Under the pieces are notes generated by a model. That model was not told the origin of the DNA, did no database searches, and saw only the letters and a program-made list of their open reading frames with translations. Shown here one piece after another: positions 19,221 to 29,305 of a DNA stretch of 64,000 nt (positions are counted from its first letter, which is position 1; every line of letters begins with the position of its first letter). The translations under genes were made by a program, and so were the position numbers. The stretch covers positions 10,378 to 74,377 of the forward strand of contig CAJTZW010000003.1 in assembly GCA_910584305.1 (NCBI GenBank). Direction: 5' to 3'. Origin of the DNA: an uncultured Bacilli bacterium. Its GTDB lineage: Bacteria; Bacillota_I; Bacilli_A; RF39; UBA660.

Positions 19221-19900
19221 GCTTTTACCAACTCATCTGATACAATTTTTCCATCTTCCAATGTAATAATACGATTCGCATGAAGTGCCAGACTATGATC
19301 ATGTGTAATCATAATAATAGTCTGTTTATATTTTTCATTTGATAATTTTAACAATTCAATGATTTCCTTACTAGATTTACTATCCAAGTTACCTGTCGGT
19401 TCATCAGCAAGTAATAAAGCAGGATGATTCATTAAAGCCCTACCAATTGAAACGCGTTGCTGTTGACCACCAGAAAGCTCATTTGGTAAATGCGCAACAC
19501 GCTTTTCCAAACCTAAAGTCTCTATTAGCTCATCCAAATATTCTGTATCAGGTTTCTTATTATCTAACAGCAATGGTAATGTCATATTCTCCTTCACATT
19601 TAAAATAGGAATTAAATTATAAAACTGATAAATAAGTCCCACTTGTCTTCTTCGAAATACAGCCAAATTAGTTTCATTCAATTTATAAACATCTTCTCCT
19701 CCAACATATACTTTACCACTCGTAGGTCGGTCCACCCCTCCCAAAATATGAAGCAATGTACTCTTCCCACTACCACTTGCTCCAACAATCGCAACAAACT
19801 CTCCCTTTTCTACAGAGAAACTTATATGATCTAGTGCCTTCACCAAAGTTTCTCCTTTTCCATAGGTTTTACACAAATTATCTACTTTCAGTATTTCCAT
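19217..19900 (-). CDS. ABC transporter ATP-binding protein (MacB/LolD/FtsE-like)
   Basis: Walker A GASGSGKST, signature LSGGQQQRV, Walker B LLLADEPTGNLD, H-loop ITHD. Confidence 0.85.
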   Translation of the reverse strand: MEILKVDNLCKTYGKGETLVKALDHISFSVEKGEFVAIVGASGSGKSTLLHILGGVDRPTSGKVYVGGEDVYKLNETNLAVFRRRQVGLIYQFYNLIPILNVKENMTLPLLLDNKKPDTEYLDELIETLGLEKRVAHLPNELSGGQQQRVSIGRALMNHPALLLADEPTGNLDSKSSKEIIELLKLSNEKYKQTIIMITHDHSLALHANRIITLEDGKIVSDELVKA

Positions 19901-20197
19901 AAATACCCTCCTTCAAACAATACCATTATAGTAAATATATATGACACTCCAGTGACTCTAACTATGACAATTTTGTCACAAATATTATCCATAATTATCT
20001 TATCATATATTGGTACAGATAAAATAAAAATCCAAACTATAAAGTTCGAATTCTCTATTAAACAAAATCATAACATATATCTTATTATTCTGCTTTAAAT
20101 TGTAACAACTTTGTATTCATATATTTTTAAATAGCATCCTAGGATTAATATTTGAAAAAAAGTAATACAATTTAATTGCATTGCTACTAATATCATT

Positions 20198-21079
20198 TCA
20201 CCTTTTATTATATGCTAAATGAAAAGCATTTCGATTCATATCAACCTCATTACCTAATGAATACATGCTAGGATAAAGTTCAATTTCTTCCCCTGTAATC
20301 TGATGCAGGTTACAAAGTGCTTCTTGATGTTGTTCATAAGTAAAATAATTCAGTCTTTCTCCTGTTGAAAAAGCATATAGCTTAATAAATATTCTTTTCT
20401 CTATATCAAAGAAATACTTATAATAAGAAATATTGCAATCATTAAATACATCTTTCAATAATTCATTAATAAAAGTTACTCCACTCACAAACCCAACATT
20501 TGGTCTATCAAAATTCATAATTCTCTCGATCATTTTAAAAGTGAAGTAATTATATTTTTCTAAAGGTAATCCACTTTTTATAAATTGACACTCACGGTGC
20601 ATCTGTAATAACACTTCTTCCAATTTAATTTTTTTTGTATAGATATTTTGATCGATTTGACAGAATGAATACTCCTTTGCAGAGATTTGATAGAAATTCT
20701 TTATTTCCATACCAAATTTAATTCTAGTTATATCTTGATTGCGACTTGTTAAATCAGCAATAAAATTTCTCCCATCAATTTCTATAATAACTCCAGCATG
20801 CATATCATTTTGAATTACTTTAGCGGGAATATTAAATGCAGATAACAAATCTACATACATGTACGCCCAAGAGTAACATATGATATTAAAACCTTGAACA
20901 TTTTCTATGTCAACATGCCAATTCTTTAAAATCTCCCTTTCCTTTTCTCCTACAAAGATATACACAGGATCATAATTAAAAAGCTCCCCAGTCCTTATAT
21001 AAATATATCTAGCAATTGTATACGGATTATTAATTTTCAATTGTCTAATTTCTGTTCTTAATCTTTCTAATAAATTCAT
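20198..21079 (-). CDS. hypothetical protein with transglutaminase-like (Cys-His-Asp) core, paralog B
   Basis: 293 aa; ..FNIICYSWAYMYVDLLSAFNIPAKVIQNDMHAGVIIEIDGRNFIADLT.. fits the transglutaminase-core pattern C..........(G)IPAR.......HAW.E......D.T. Paralogous to 21119-22066. Confidence 0.45.
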   Translation of the reverse strand: MNLLERLRTEIRQLKINNPYTIARYIYIRTGELFNYDPVYIFVGEKEREILKNWHVDIENVQGFNIICYSWAYMYVDLLSAFNIPAKVIQNDMHAGVIIEIDGRNFIADLTSRNQDITRIKFGMEIKNFYQISAKEYSFCQIDQNIYTKKIKLEEVLLQMHRECQFIKSGLPLEKYNYFTFKMIERIMNFDRPNVGFVSGVTFINELLKDVFNDCNISYYKYFFDIEKRIFIKLYAFSTGERLNYFTYEQHQEALCNLHQITGEEIELYPSMYSLGNEVDMNRNAFHLAYNKR

Positions 21080-21118
21080 AAAAATTCTCCTGTCTATACC
21101 AAAATATCATGTACTCTT

Positions 21119-22066
21119 TTATAATTTTCTTTGCGTCTCATAGCTTTCTCTATCTATACATATAGACCTTGATGAATTTTCTTTTACATATGTTTTTGGT
21201 ACCTTTCTACCCAGAGATAAATTATAAGCTCTCATCGAGGAATAATTTGATACATAAAATTCTACTTCCTCTTTTGAAATTTCCTTTAACTCATATAAAT
21301 TATCTTCATTTTGTTTATATACAAAATAACATATATCTTCTTTTCTAGCTATAGCATAAACTTCTATAAAAATTTTTTTGTCATTATGGAAAAAATGAAC
21401 ATTAGAAGGTCTATAATCCTCTGATATAAAAGTCTGTAATAAATCATAAATGAATTTTAATCCCTCTACATACCCTATATTAGATTTTGAAAAATTACCA
21501 TTCATAAAAGTTTCTATTGTTTTGAAAACTAAATAAACATATTCTTCCAAGTCAGATTTAACTCTTAAAAAGTCTAATTTAGTTTTAATTTGATTTAATA
21601 CCTCTTTTGTTTCATAATTCACATTATTGCTTTCTGCATTACACTCATCTGCTATCAATCGATTATGTGTCTTTTGAAAATTATAACAAGTTTCCATGCC
21701 AAATTTAATTCTTTTAATATCCTGATATTTTATCATTAAATCACTAATATAAGTCTCTCCATTAATATAAGATTCTACCAAAGCATGATCTTGTGTTTTT
21801 ATAACTCTTGCAGGAATACAAAAAGCAAGCAATAAATCTACAAACATATAAGACCACGAATAACAAGTAGCATTAAAATCCGTAATATTTTCTATATCAA
21901 AGCGTTTGTTTCTAAGTTCTTCCCTGCCACTTTCATCTACAAAAGCCCAAAGTGGGTCATAATTAAATAACATACCAGTTCTATAATATAAATAATCTTT
22001 AATTTTCACTTTATCTGTTAACTGTAACTGCTGAACTTCCTCCTTAAGTACCGCCAATAAATTCAT
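21119..22066 (-). CDS. hypothetical protein with transglutaminase-like (Cys-His-Asp) core, paralog A
   Basis: 315 aa; ..FNATCYSWSYMFVDLLLAFCIPARVIKTQDHALVESYINGETYISDLM..; same architecture and N-terminus (MNLL..L..E..QL) as its neighbour. Confidence 0.45.
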   Translation of the reverse strand: MNLLAVLKEEVQQLQLTDKVKIKDYLYYRTGMLFNYDPLWAFVDESGREELRNKRFDIENITDFNATCYSWSYMFVDLLLAFCIPARVIKTQDHALVESYINGETYISDLMIKYQDIKRIKFGMETCYNFQKTHNRLIADECNAESNNVNYETKEVLNQIKTKLDFLRVKSDLEEYVYLVFKTIETFMNGNFSKSNIGYVEGLKFIYDLLQTFISEDYRPSNVHFFHNDKKIFIEVYAIARKEDICYFVYKQNEDNLYELKEISKEEVEFYVSNYSSMRAYNLSLGRKVPKTYVKENSSRSICIDRESYETQRKL

Positions 22067-22178
22067 AAAAAACCATCCCCTTTTAATGCTGTATTATAAC
22101 GCATTCCATTTTATCTGTCAAATTCTTAATAAATTATGAAATCACTTTATAAACAACACAATTTTATCTTAGCAAACG

Positions 22179-22655
22179 CTATTTTAATTTTTTATTGTAA
22201 TACGTAGAATATTCAATAAAATCATTCTTTTTATAAAAAGAAATTGCTTGCCTATTATTATGAAATGCAAGTAATCGAATATATGAAGCTCCTTTTTCTT
22301 TAGCTGTTCTTTCAAATTTCTTTAATAACAATGTGGCAATTCCCTTTCTTCTACATCCCTCATCTACGCATATATGCTGTAAATAAGCCACAGTATCTTT
22401 GTACCACCACTCATCATTAGGTATATTTCCATCCACAAAACCAACAATTTTATCCTCTTTATCTACAGCAACATAAAAAATATTATTACTATCGCTAATT
22501 CTATTTTTTAGTTTTTCTTTTCCTCTATTTGTTTGATAACATCTTTTCTTTAAATTATCATCAAAGTGGTTCTCTGTAGCTTCTAACTGAAGCTGTAAAC
22601 TGAGTATTTCATTAAAATCCTCTTCAGTTACCAATCTAATATCCATTTTTATCAC
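22179..22655 (-). CDS. GNAT family N-acetyltransferase
   Basis: 158 aa; acetyl-CoA binding motif ..HICVDEGCRRKGIATLLLKKFE... Confidence 0.7.
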   Translation of the reverse strand: MIKMDIRLVTEEDFNEILSLQLQLEATENHFDDNLKKRCYQTNRGKEKLKNRISDSNNIFYVAVDKEDKIVGFVDGNIPNDEWWYKDTVAYLQHICVDEGCRRKGIATLLLKKFERTAKEKGASYIRLLAFHNNRQAISFYKKNDFIEYSTYYNKKLK

Positions 22656-22692
22656 CTTACTTTAAATATAAAACTATAATAAATTATCTTGC

Positions 22693-23067
22693 CTATTTAA
22701 TTTCTTCATACTCTATACTATCACAAACAACATAAAAGAATGGATCATTTTCATCACTAGCAAAACATATAAGTTCTTTATTATTTAATGTAATATATTT
22801 CAGAAACGCATCATTTATATAATCCCAAGAAAATATCTCTCTATTATTTACTTTTTCAATGCCATTCAAAACCATTTTTAACTTTGTCTTATTTGTATCA
22901 TACGTACCATCTTCTTTTATGATTGGCTTTCCTGCCCACAATACATCTATAATAATAACCATCTGTGATTTATAGATATCATAATGAATATTTGTAATAT
23001 AACTATCATGAAAGTCATGGTAATAAGCAATAAAAGTATCTATATTACTCTTTGTTATCTTATTCAT
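22693..23067 (-). CDS. hypothetical protein (124 aa)
   Basis: ORF with no recognisable motif. Function unknown. Confidence 0.35.
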   Translation of the reverse strand: MNKITKSNIDTFIAYYHDFHDSYITNIHYDIYKSQMVIIIDVLWAGKPIIKEDGTYDTNKTKLKMVLNGIEKVNNREIFSWDYINDAFLKYITLNNKELICFASDENDPFFYVVCDSIEYEEIK

Positions 23068-23193
23068 TATATCCCACCCCTTATATATAATTATTATACT
23101 ATATCTTTTACCCTTAAATTATAACACTTTCAATATTTTTTTCTTTTAAATCACATCTATTTTACTATTCCTATATAGCTAGTGATTCCCACT

Positions 23194-24480
23194 TTAAATC
23201 TTATATGCTCCGCATCCATTATAAGCTGTTGTTTTAACATATCTTTTGATTTTCTCATGAGAAAGGCTTCCCAAATCCAGTTCTCTAAAGCGATTGCTTT
23301 TACTTAACAAACGACAGTTACTACCATCCTCAAAAATATAATAGCCCTTTGAATTACCAATTAAAATCATTTCTTCTTCTATTCCAACCCTATCACTAAA
23401 TATATTATAATTATTTTGATTTAAAGCATTTTTTAAATACTTAGTATGCTCTCTTTTTACTTTTTCAGGTAACTGTTCATATAGATTAGAAGGAATATAA
23501 GGGGAATTACAATACTCACATATATATGAACAAACAATTTTTCTTTCTTTAAGATATTCTATTGTATAATCTAAATCATCCTGTGTTTCAGTAGGAAACC
23601 CACTCATTAAAATGGTATGTATATTTTTCCCGGCTTCTTGCAACTTTGCAATATAAAAATCATACTCTTCTAAGTTATGCCCTCTACCCATCTTCTTAAG
23701 TAGTCTATCTGAAGCGGTTTCTAGTTGCATACTAACTTGTTGCACCTTAGGACTATGCATTAATTCCTCTAATAATTCTGGGTACATATTCCTAGTAGTT
23801 AATTCCAAAACAGCCAACTTCCATAAACCCTCTTCCAAAGACAAATCATGTATTAATTGATGTAACATTGGTTTATTATACAAATCAATCCCATATAAAG
23901 TAGAGTTATCACCACCTAAAGTGATACATCTAGTTCCCTTGTGAATCAGTTTCCTTAAATAGGATAATAACATATCATATGGTACAGACTCAACCTTTGA
24001 ATTATTATAATTCGTTTTACAAAAAGTACATCGATTACTACAACCATCCTCAATAAAAAATTGAATAGAAGCATTATTGTTATACATATACCTTGTTCGA
24101 TTTTCTAATCTAGTCTTATAACTATTCCTTTGATTCATCCCATAAATATAATTGTATAACGGTACTATCCAGTCTTTATTTTGAATAATTTTAATTGCTC
24201 GATCATCATGAAAATTCCTTAATATATCATTCATTCTTGTTAAGCACCCAACAATTATCAATGTAGCGCCATCTTTTTTCAAACGATTCACATCATATAA
24301 TTCATTTAAACATTTTGTAATGGTATCCTCAACACCGCCACAAGTTATATAAACAATGTAATCGGCTTCTTTTAAATTGTCAGTAAAATTTAACATTTCA
24401 TCTTCTTGAATGGAATTAATTAACTTTGCAACTAATGGATATTCTCGAATACATCCGTTTAGAAAAATATCTATCTTCAT
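23194..24480 (-). CDS. MiaB/RimO/MtaB-family radical SAM methylthiotransferase
   Basis: 428 aa. MTTase N-domain cysteines at about C10, C47, C79 (NGC, ITCGG, VGCL). Radical SAM CSNRCTFC (CX3CX2C). C-terminal TRAM-like ..DRVGIEEEMILIGNSKGYYIFEDGSNCRLL.. A second CSYICEYC motif is also present (see findings). Confidence 0.7.
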   Translation of the reverse strand: MKIDIFLNGCIREYPLVAKLINSIQEDEMLNFTDNLKEADYIVYITCGGVEDTITKCLNELYDVNRLKKDGATLIIVGCLTRMNDILRNFHDDRAIKIIQNKDWIVPLYNYIYGMNQRNSYKTRLENRTRYMYNNNASIQFFIEDGCSNRCTFCKTNYNNSKVESVPYDMLLSYLRKLIHKGTRCITLGGDNSTLYGIDLYNKPMLHQLIHDLSLEEGLWKLAVLELTTRNMYPELLEELMHSPKVQQVSMQLETASDRLLKKMGRGHNLEEYDFYIAKLQEAGKNIHTILMSGFPTETQDDLDYTIEYLKERKIVCSYICEYCNSPYIPSNLYEQLPEKVKREHTKYLKNALNQNNYNIFSDRVGIEEEMILIGNSKGYYIFEDGSNCRLLSKSNRFRELDLGSLSHEKIKRYVKTTAYNGCGAYKI

Positions 24481-24545
24481 AAACTTTCCCCCTAAAATTA
24501 TTTCTTATTATACAAAAAAGAAAATAATAAAGCAAATCTAACCAT

Positions 24546-24571
24546 AAAAAAAACACTACAGTAAACTGTAG
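24546..24571 (-). terminator. rho-independent terminator downstream of the GH3 gene
   Basis: On the minus strand, ctacagt-tt-actgtag followed by gtgttttttttat. Confidence 0.55.
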
Positions 24572-24578
24572 CATCCTT

Positions 24579-25946
24579 CTATTTAGATTCAAACATCATT
24601 CCTTTATAGTATTTCCAAGTAAGAACCCTAAATGCAAGTTTATCAATCATTGGTTCACAAAGAACCCCTGTTTCTAATGCCTCTTTAATCGCCACAACAT
24701 CTGCTTCATAATCGGTTGTAATGATTAAATCATTTCCTGCCAAAATCGCCTTTACAGCAGCATTATCTATAGAAGAAGTAGCTCCCATTGACAAATCATC
24801 TGTCATAATAATTCCTGTAAAATCAAGTTGATTTCTCAAAATATTATGAACACTTGCTGATAAAGAAGCAGGCATACTTGGATCAATATTGTTTACTGTA
24901 TTATGACTAACTAAAACTGCTTCAGCACCAGCCTCGATTCCCGCTTTAAAAGGAGGCAAATCATTCTTTACAATATCATCATAAGATCTTGTATCGATAA
25001 CTGATCCTGTATGAGTATCACTATTATTTCCATACCCTGGAAAATGCTTTAGTGTATAGGAAACTCCTGTCCCTTTACTTGCTTCAATAACTGTTTTCGC
25101 ATATGTCGATGTAAGATTTGTATCTTTTCCAAAAGATCTTTCATACATATAATCACTTGGATTTGTCGATACATCCACAACAGGAGCTAAATTCAAATTA
25201 AGCCCTAAATTAGATAATATTTTACTTTTATTGATAGTATCATCCTTGATAAGAGAAAATCCACCCTCTGTATATAAATCTTGTGATGATTTAAATTTAG
25301 AATCTGCAAGATTTGAATTACTACTAACACGTACTACTTTCCCACCCTCTTCATCTACTGCTGTTAAAAGAGGAATTTTTGAATTAGATTGTAAGTTTTT
25401 AATCATATCCTGTACTTCTGTTTTTGTTTTTCCTCGAAAATCCTTTTCAAAAAACACAAACCCACTAAATTTATATTTTTTTAAATCTTCAACTGCACCT
25501 ACATCTGGATAACGTACTAATAGAATCTGCCCTATAACCTCATCCAATGTAAGTGTTTTTAATTTATTAAATGCCAAAGTATAATACTCACTAAAAATAC
25601 CATTATCTAACCAATCTGTTGGAATATTAACCATATCATAAGCAACTGGAATCACTTCATAATCTATAACCGAAACTTCCTGTTTTTCACTATTTTTATC
25701 TAATAACCCAGTATACGAAATTACAACAGTATCTCCTGCTTCCGCATTAATATCGGCAACTTCCATTGTATAAATTCCCTGATGACTATCTTGTACTGTA
25801 ATAGTAGAATCTGTTGTATAAAGAACTGTTGCCTCTAACGTATTCTTATCTTTCTCATAGTCTTTAGAACGTAAAAACAAGGATAACACTCCGACAAATA
25901 AAACTATTAAAAATAATATTGCTCCAATAATCGATTTTTTATTCAT
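24579..25946 (-). CDS. glycoside hydrolase family 3 N-terminal domain protein (beta-N-acetylhexosaminidase NagZ-like), membrane-anchored
   Basis: N-terminal TM, then a GH3 catalytic region: ..KHFPGYGNNSDTHTGSVIDTRSYDDIVKNDLPPFKAGIEAGAEAVLVSHNTVNNIDP.. Start moved to MNKKS (GGGTGG SD). Confidence 0.75.
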   Translation of the reverse strand: MNKKSIIGAILFLIVLFVGVLSLFLRSKDYEKDKNTLEATVLYTTDSTITVQDSHQGIYTMEVADINAEAGDTVVISYTGLLDKNSEKQEVSVIDYEVIPVAYDMVNIPTDWLDNGIFSEYYTLAFNKLKTLTLDEVIGQILLVRYPDVGAVEDLKKYKFSGFVFFEKDFRGKTKTEVQDMIKNLQSNSKIPLLTAVDEEGGKVVRVSSNSNLADSKFKSSQDLYTEGGFSLIKDDTINKSKILSNLGLNLNLAPVVDVSTNPSDYMYERSFGKDTNLTSTYAKTVIEASKGTGVSYTLKHFPGYGNNSDTHTGSVIDTRSYDDIVKNDLPPFKAGIEAGAEAVLVSHNTVNNIDPSMPASLSASVHNILRNQLDFTGIIMTDDLSMGATSSIDNAAVKAILAGNDLIITTDYEADVVAIKEALETGVLCEPMIDKLAFRVLTWKYYKGMMFESK

Positions 25947-26138
25947 ATAACCACCCATTACAATTATATACCCTTAAAAAAAAAAATATGAACATATATT
26001 TAAAGCGCCTAAAATTAGACGCTACACAAATAAGGATAACACTTAACCAACATTAAGTGTCCCTTTTAGAATATGCATAAATATAAAATCTATACTCTAA
26101 ATTTATAAACTATATTTAACTTTTATTAACATTAAACA

Positions 26139-27887
26139 TTACCTTATATACCTCTTTACAAAATCAGGCTCTGTTTCCGCAATTTTACGTAACGTATCTT
26201 GTTCATTTAAATGGTGTAGAATTTCCTCTATATTTTGCTCTACATAATTTAAATCTTTCTCTTTGAAATTTACAACCCCATTTTGATGTAAGAAAAAAGC
26301 CAGATTAATATTAGACACAAATTTTCTAAGTGGAGTTGCTGAGTGTGTATATGGATCATTTATAAAATTCCTTGTATACTTTGCATCCTGCCTATAAATA
26401 GCAAACTCTGCTTCATGACCTATATAGTAGTTGACTAATATAGAAGGTAATGCCACCAATCCATGAACAGAACCACCTAATTTCTTTAAATGTTCATCGT
26501 TTGTCTTATAAAAAATACTACGATATACCTTTCCATAATTTCTCAGATCATTCTGTATTCCAACAGCTTCTTCTCTTGAATTTAGAACCTGTTCTACCTC
26601 ACTTGTGCTGAATTTATGAGTAATTTGAATTTGCTTTCTACTTATATCTTTAGAATATATTTGACCATTTTTACCTACTACAAAAGTAAATACAATCGCA
26701 TTGTTGCAAGATTCTACATTAAAAGAAAAGTATTTATCTGACAAAGATTTAGGAAACATAGGAATCATTTTATTTGCGCCTTTAATACGATTTCCCCTTC
26801 GATAAACTTCTTTACATAATTCTCTATTTCCCTTTAAAAACGTTGGAACATCTGTAATATAGGCCTTTAACACATATATATCATCAAATTTTTGAATACT
26901 GAAAGCCTGTTCCAAAGTATTAGAACTAGGAAAATCTATTGTAATAATACGAGGTGCTGAATCCTTTTCTAAATTATCAAAGGAAGTTTTTATAGAAGAA
27001 ATTACTGTGCTAGGAAAATCTTTTACAAGAACAATCTTCCCAGACATGAGTTTCTTTTTCACATCATAATCTGATTTTACCAAATTCATAAGTTCATCAT
27101 AAATCGAATAAGCCTTATTTTGAAGATTTAAAAAATTCTTTACATCATCTATCTTCAATCGAAGATATTGATTCTCTACAAAATACTCTAAAGCATCTTT
27201 TAATAATGCAAAATTATCAGCAGATATATCAGATGAAAGAGAATGCTGCATCTTCATTAAATATTTATCCAAAGTCTTATAAGAAACTTTCTTCTTATCT
27301 AATTCCTCCATAAATTGTTGAACTATTTTATAAATTGGAATCTCTTTCATATCATATCTCATATAATCAATCATATCATTCATCTGTATTTTTTCTTTTC
27401 TGGTAAAATCTGAATAATCATAACTACTCAACAGCATCACTAAATCACCTTTAGAATTAGACTTACTAAAATACTCCTTTAACAAGCTCTCTATCATCGA
27501 CACGGAAAGACAAGATGATGCATGCTCCAAAAGAAGTTTCATGTAATCATAATATTCTGTATCAGTCAAACCTTTTTTCTTTTTATAGTTTAATTTCTTA
27601 ATCTTGCTATAGTTATCTGTACCATATAATCGATCTTGTGAAATGAATAATAAATTCTGTAGCTCTTTCAAAATTGTATTTTGTACTTTCCCATCATTTG
27701 AAAACTTTCTCTTTACAAAGCGACTTAAATGACAAACCTTATCCATCTCTTCTTTCGTAAAAAATCTAGATGTACCAATTCGGGTTTTTAAGTAATAATT
27801 AATTTCATCAGACAACACACTCTCTGAAAGATTAGACACCTTACAAAATTCTACCATTTCCGCCATACTTAAACTTATAAGTTCCAT
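26139..27887 (-). CDS. RNB-fold (RNase II/R-like) protein with degenerate catalytic motifs
   Basis: C-terminal half aligns to RNB motifs: ..RIITIDFPSSNTLEQAFS.. (versus TIDp..akDlDDAls), AYITDVP (versus VHIADVS), PMFP (versus PMLP), HSATPLRKF (versus HFTSPIRRY). The catalytic Asp cluster is replaced. The N-terminal 280 aa are unrecognised, and there are no CSD/S1 domains. Confidence 0.5.
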   Translation of the reverse strand: MELISLSMAEMVEFCKVSNLSESVLSDEINYYLKTRIGTSRFFTKEEMDKVCHLSRFVKRKFSNDGKVQNTILKELQNLLFISQDRLYGTDNYSKIKKLNYKKKKGLTDTEYYDYMKLLLEHASSCLSVSMIESLLKEYFSKSNSKGDLVMLLSSYDYSDFTRKEKIQMNDMIDYMRYDMKEIPIYKIVQQFMEELDKKKVSYKTLDKYLMKMQHSLSSDISADNFALLKDALEYFVENQYLRLKIDDVKNFLNLQNKAYSIYDELMNLVKSDYDVKKKLMSGKIVLVKDFPSTVISSIKTSFDNLEKDSAPRIITIDFPSSNTLEQAFSIQKFDDIYVLKAYITDVPTFLKGNRELCKEVYRRGNRIKGANKMIPMFPKSLSDKYFSFNVESCNNAIVFTFVVGKNGQIYSKDISRKQIQITHKFSTSEVEQVLNSREEAVGIQNDLRNYGKVYRSIFYKTNDEHLKKLGGSVHGLVALPSILVNYYIGHEAEFAIYRQDAKYTRNFINDPYTHSATPLRKFVSNINLAFFLHQNGVVNFKEKDLNYVEQNIEEILHHLNEQDTLRKIAETEPDFVKRYIR

Positions 27888-27974
27888 AAAACCTTCTTTC
27901 TACTACTCTACGCTGTAAATACACTATCAGTGTAATAAATATTACTAGTTAAAACCATTTTTATGAAAATAATA

Positions 27975-28754
27975 TTAAATATTACCACACTTTTCCATAT
28001 TCAATATAGATTCATCTAAATCGATAAAGCCATTTCTACTCCATAACCACAAAGCGGTATGAATATCAATTGGTTTATATTTAGTGCCTTCAAACAACTT
28101 ATTCCACCTATCAATTACAAGCAGTTGAACATTAGAACTTTCTAATTCTTCATCAGTAATTAATCCCAATCGATGCGTTGCTTTAATAACATGTGTATCT
28201 GGTGCTACTGTTAAATGTCCTATATTTGTGTACTCTAATCCTGTATACTGCCAAAGCACATATAACCAATAATTACAAATCTTCGTTCCTGATAAATAAG
28301 GAAATCTAGCTTTATTTTTCTTTTGAACAAAGTCTCGTATCCTATCCACATCATAATCAAATTCTTCAAATAACTTTCGTATATCTCCACCATAAAATTC
28401 TACAAATGTATTACATAATTTAATCCATATCTCTGTTTGTTTATTTTTCTGAAGAGCTACTTTATATTTGGTTAGTGCATATTGTACTTCTTCAAAAGAA
28501 TGTTGTAATACCGCATTAGGATCAAACACAAACCGAGTTGTATCATCTTGATATGTTCTATTTGCACTTTCCCATAAAGTATAAGAATTTCTCTGATAAT
28601 TTAACGCCATTGGTAGCGTAAAATACAAATAATTTTCTAAGGAATCTTTCTCTAAATGAGGATTCTCATCCTCAGGCATAAACTCTCCCCCAAGTCTACC
28701 CTGTTTCCACATCATAAATAGAATATCAATTTTTCTTAATATTTCATCTTTCAT
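27975..28754 (-). CDS. HhH-GPD superfamily-like protein (putative DNA glycosylase fold)
   Basis: ..FPYLSGTKICNYWLYVLWQY...LTVAPDTHVIKATHRLGLI.. resembles the helix-hairpin-helix plus Gly/Pro-rich loop plus catalytic Asp of EndoIII/AGOG-type glycosylases (LpGiG.ktA..il....VDTHv.Rv..RlGl). Assignment by eye only. Start set at MKDEIL (AGGTGG SD). Confidence 0.4.
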   Translation of the reverse strand: MKDEILRKIDILFMMWKQGRLGGEFMPEDENPHLEKDSLENYLYFTLPMALNYQRNSYTLWESANRTYQDDTTRFVFDPNAVLQHSFEEVQYALTKYKVALQKNKQTEIWIKLCNTFVEFYGGDIRKLFEEFDYDVDRIRDFVQKKNKARFPYLSGTKICNYWLYVLWQYTGLEYTNIGHLTVAPDTHVIKATHRLGLITDEELESSNVQLLVIDRWNKLFEGTKYKPIDIHTALWLWSRNGFIDLDESILNMEKCGNI

Positions 28755-28888
28755 ACAACCCACCTAACTACATAATAACACTATTTGTTATCATTAGCAA
28801 TCGTAAAACCTTAATATTCTAAATGAAAAAACTATATTCATAGAATTGAATTTTTAATTCCAAGAATATAGTTTATTAACTTCAATAT

Positions 28889-29281
28889 TTATTCTTTATA
28901 ATCATAATCCCACAAACTAAGTTTTCCATTCACTGGTATTGGTTCTATCCGTATTACATTTTCTAATTTAAATCCATAACCATCCCATTCTATATGTTTT
29001 ATTATACTAGAATATACGAAAGAATTTTTTTGTTTTAACATTTCTCTTGCATCATCATCTATTTTTATACAATCTGTAATCGTAGCCTTTGCTATGATAC
29101 ATCCTAAAGGATACTTTAAATTTAAATGACGATAACGCTCCATAGCCTTTTTATCGATACCCTTTCCAGCATGAATTAAGATTTCTCCTCTATACTTTGT
29201 TCTCCATGTTCTAAATTCATATTCTTTTAAACCCTCTGCGATTAAAGTAGCAAAAGGCTGTTTGATTGTGATAACTTTCAT
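28889..29281 (-). CDS. ASCH (PUA-like) domain protein
   Basis: 130 aa; MKVITIKQPFATLIAEGLKEYEFRTWRTKYRGEILIHAGK.. is the canonical ASCH N-terminus (MK.i.IkqPwa.li..G.K..E.R.w.t.yrG..lIHA). Confidence 0.65.
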   Translation of the reverse strand: MKVITIKQPFATLIAEGLKEYEFRTWRTKYRGEILIHAGKGIDKKAMERYRHLNLKYPLGCIIAKATITDCIKIDDDAREMLKQKNSFVYSSIIKHIEWDGYGFKLENVIRIEPIPVNGKLSLWDYDYKE

Positions 29282-29305
29282 AAATCAACCCCTTAATATC
29301 AAAAT

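Noticed and set aside
22179-23067. GNAT plus 124-aa ORF as a GNAT-toxin/antitoxin pair
   Set aside because: The 124-aa protein has no RHH/DUF1778-like N-terminus and the GNAT shows no special features. The gene order and 37-bp gap alone are insufficient evidence.
25959-26138. Possible terminator hairpins (acactta..taagtgt; gcgtct..aggcgc) downstream of the RNB-like gene
   Set aside because: The orientation of T-tracts is inconsistent with minus-strand termination and one stem has a mismatch. Too weak to call.
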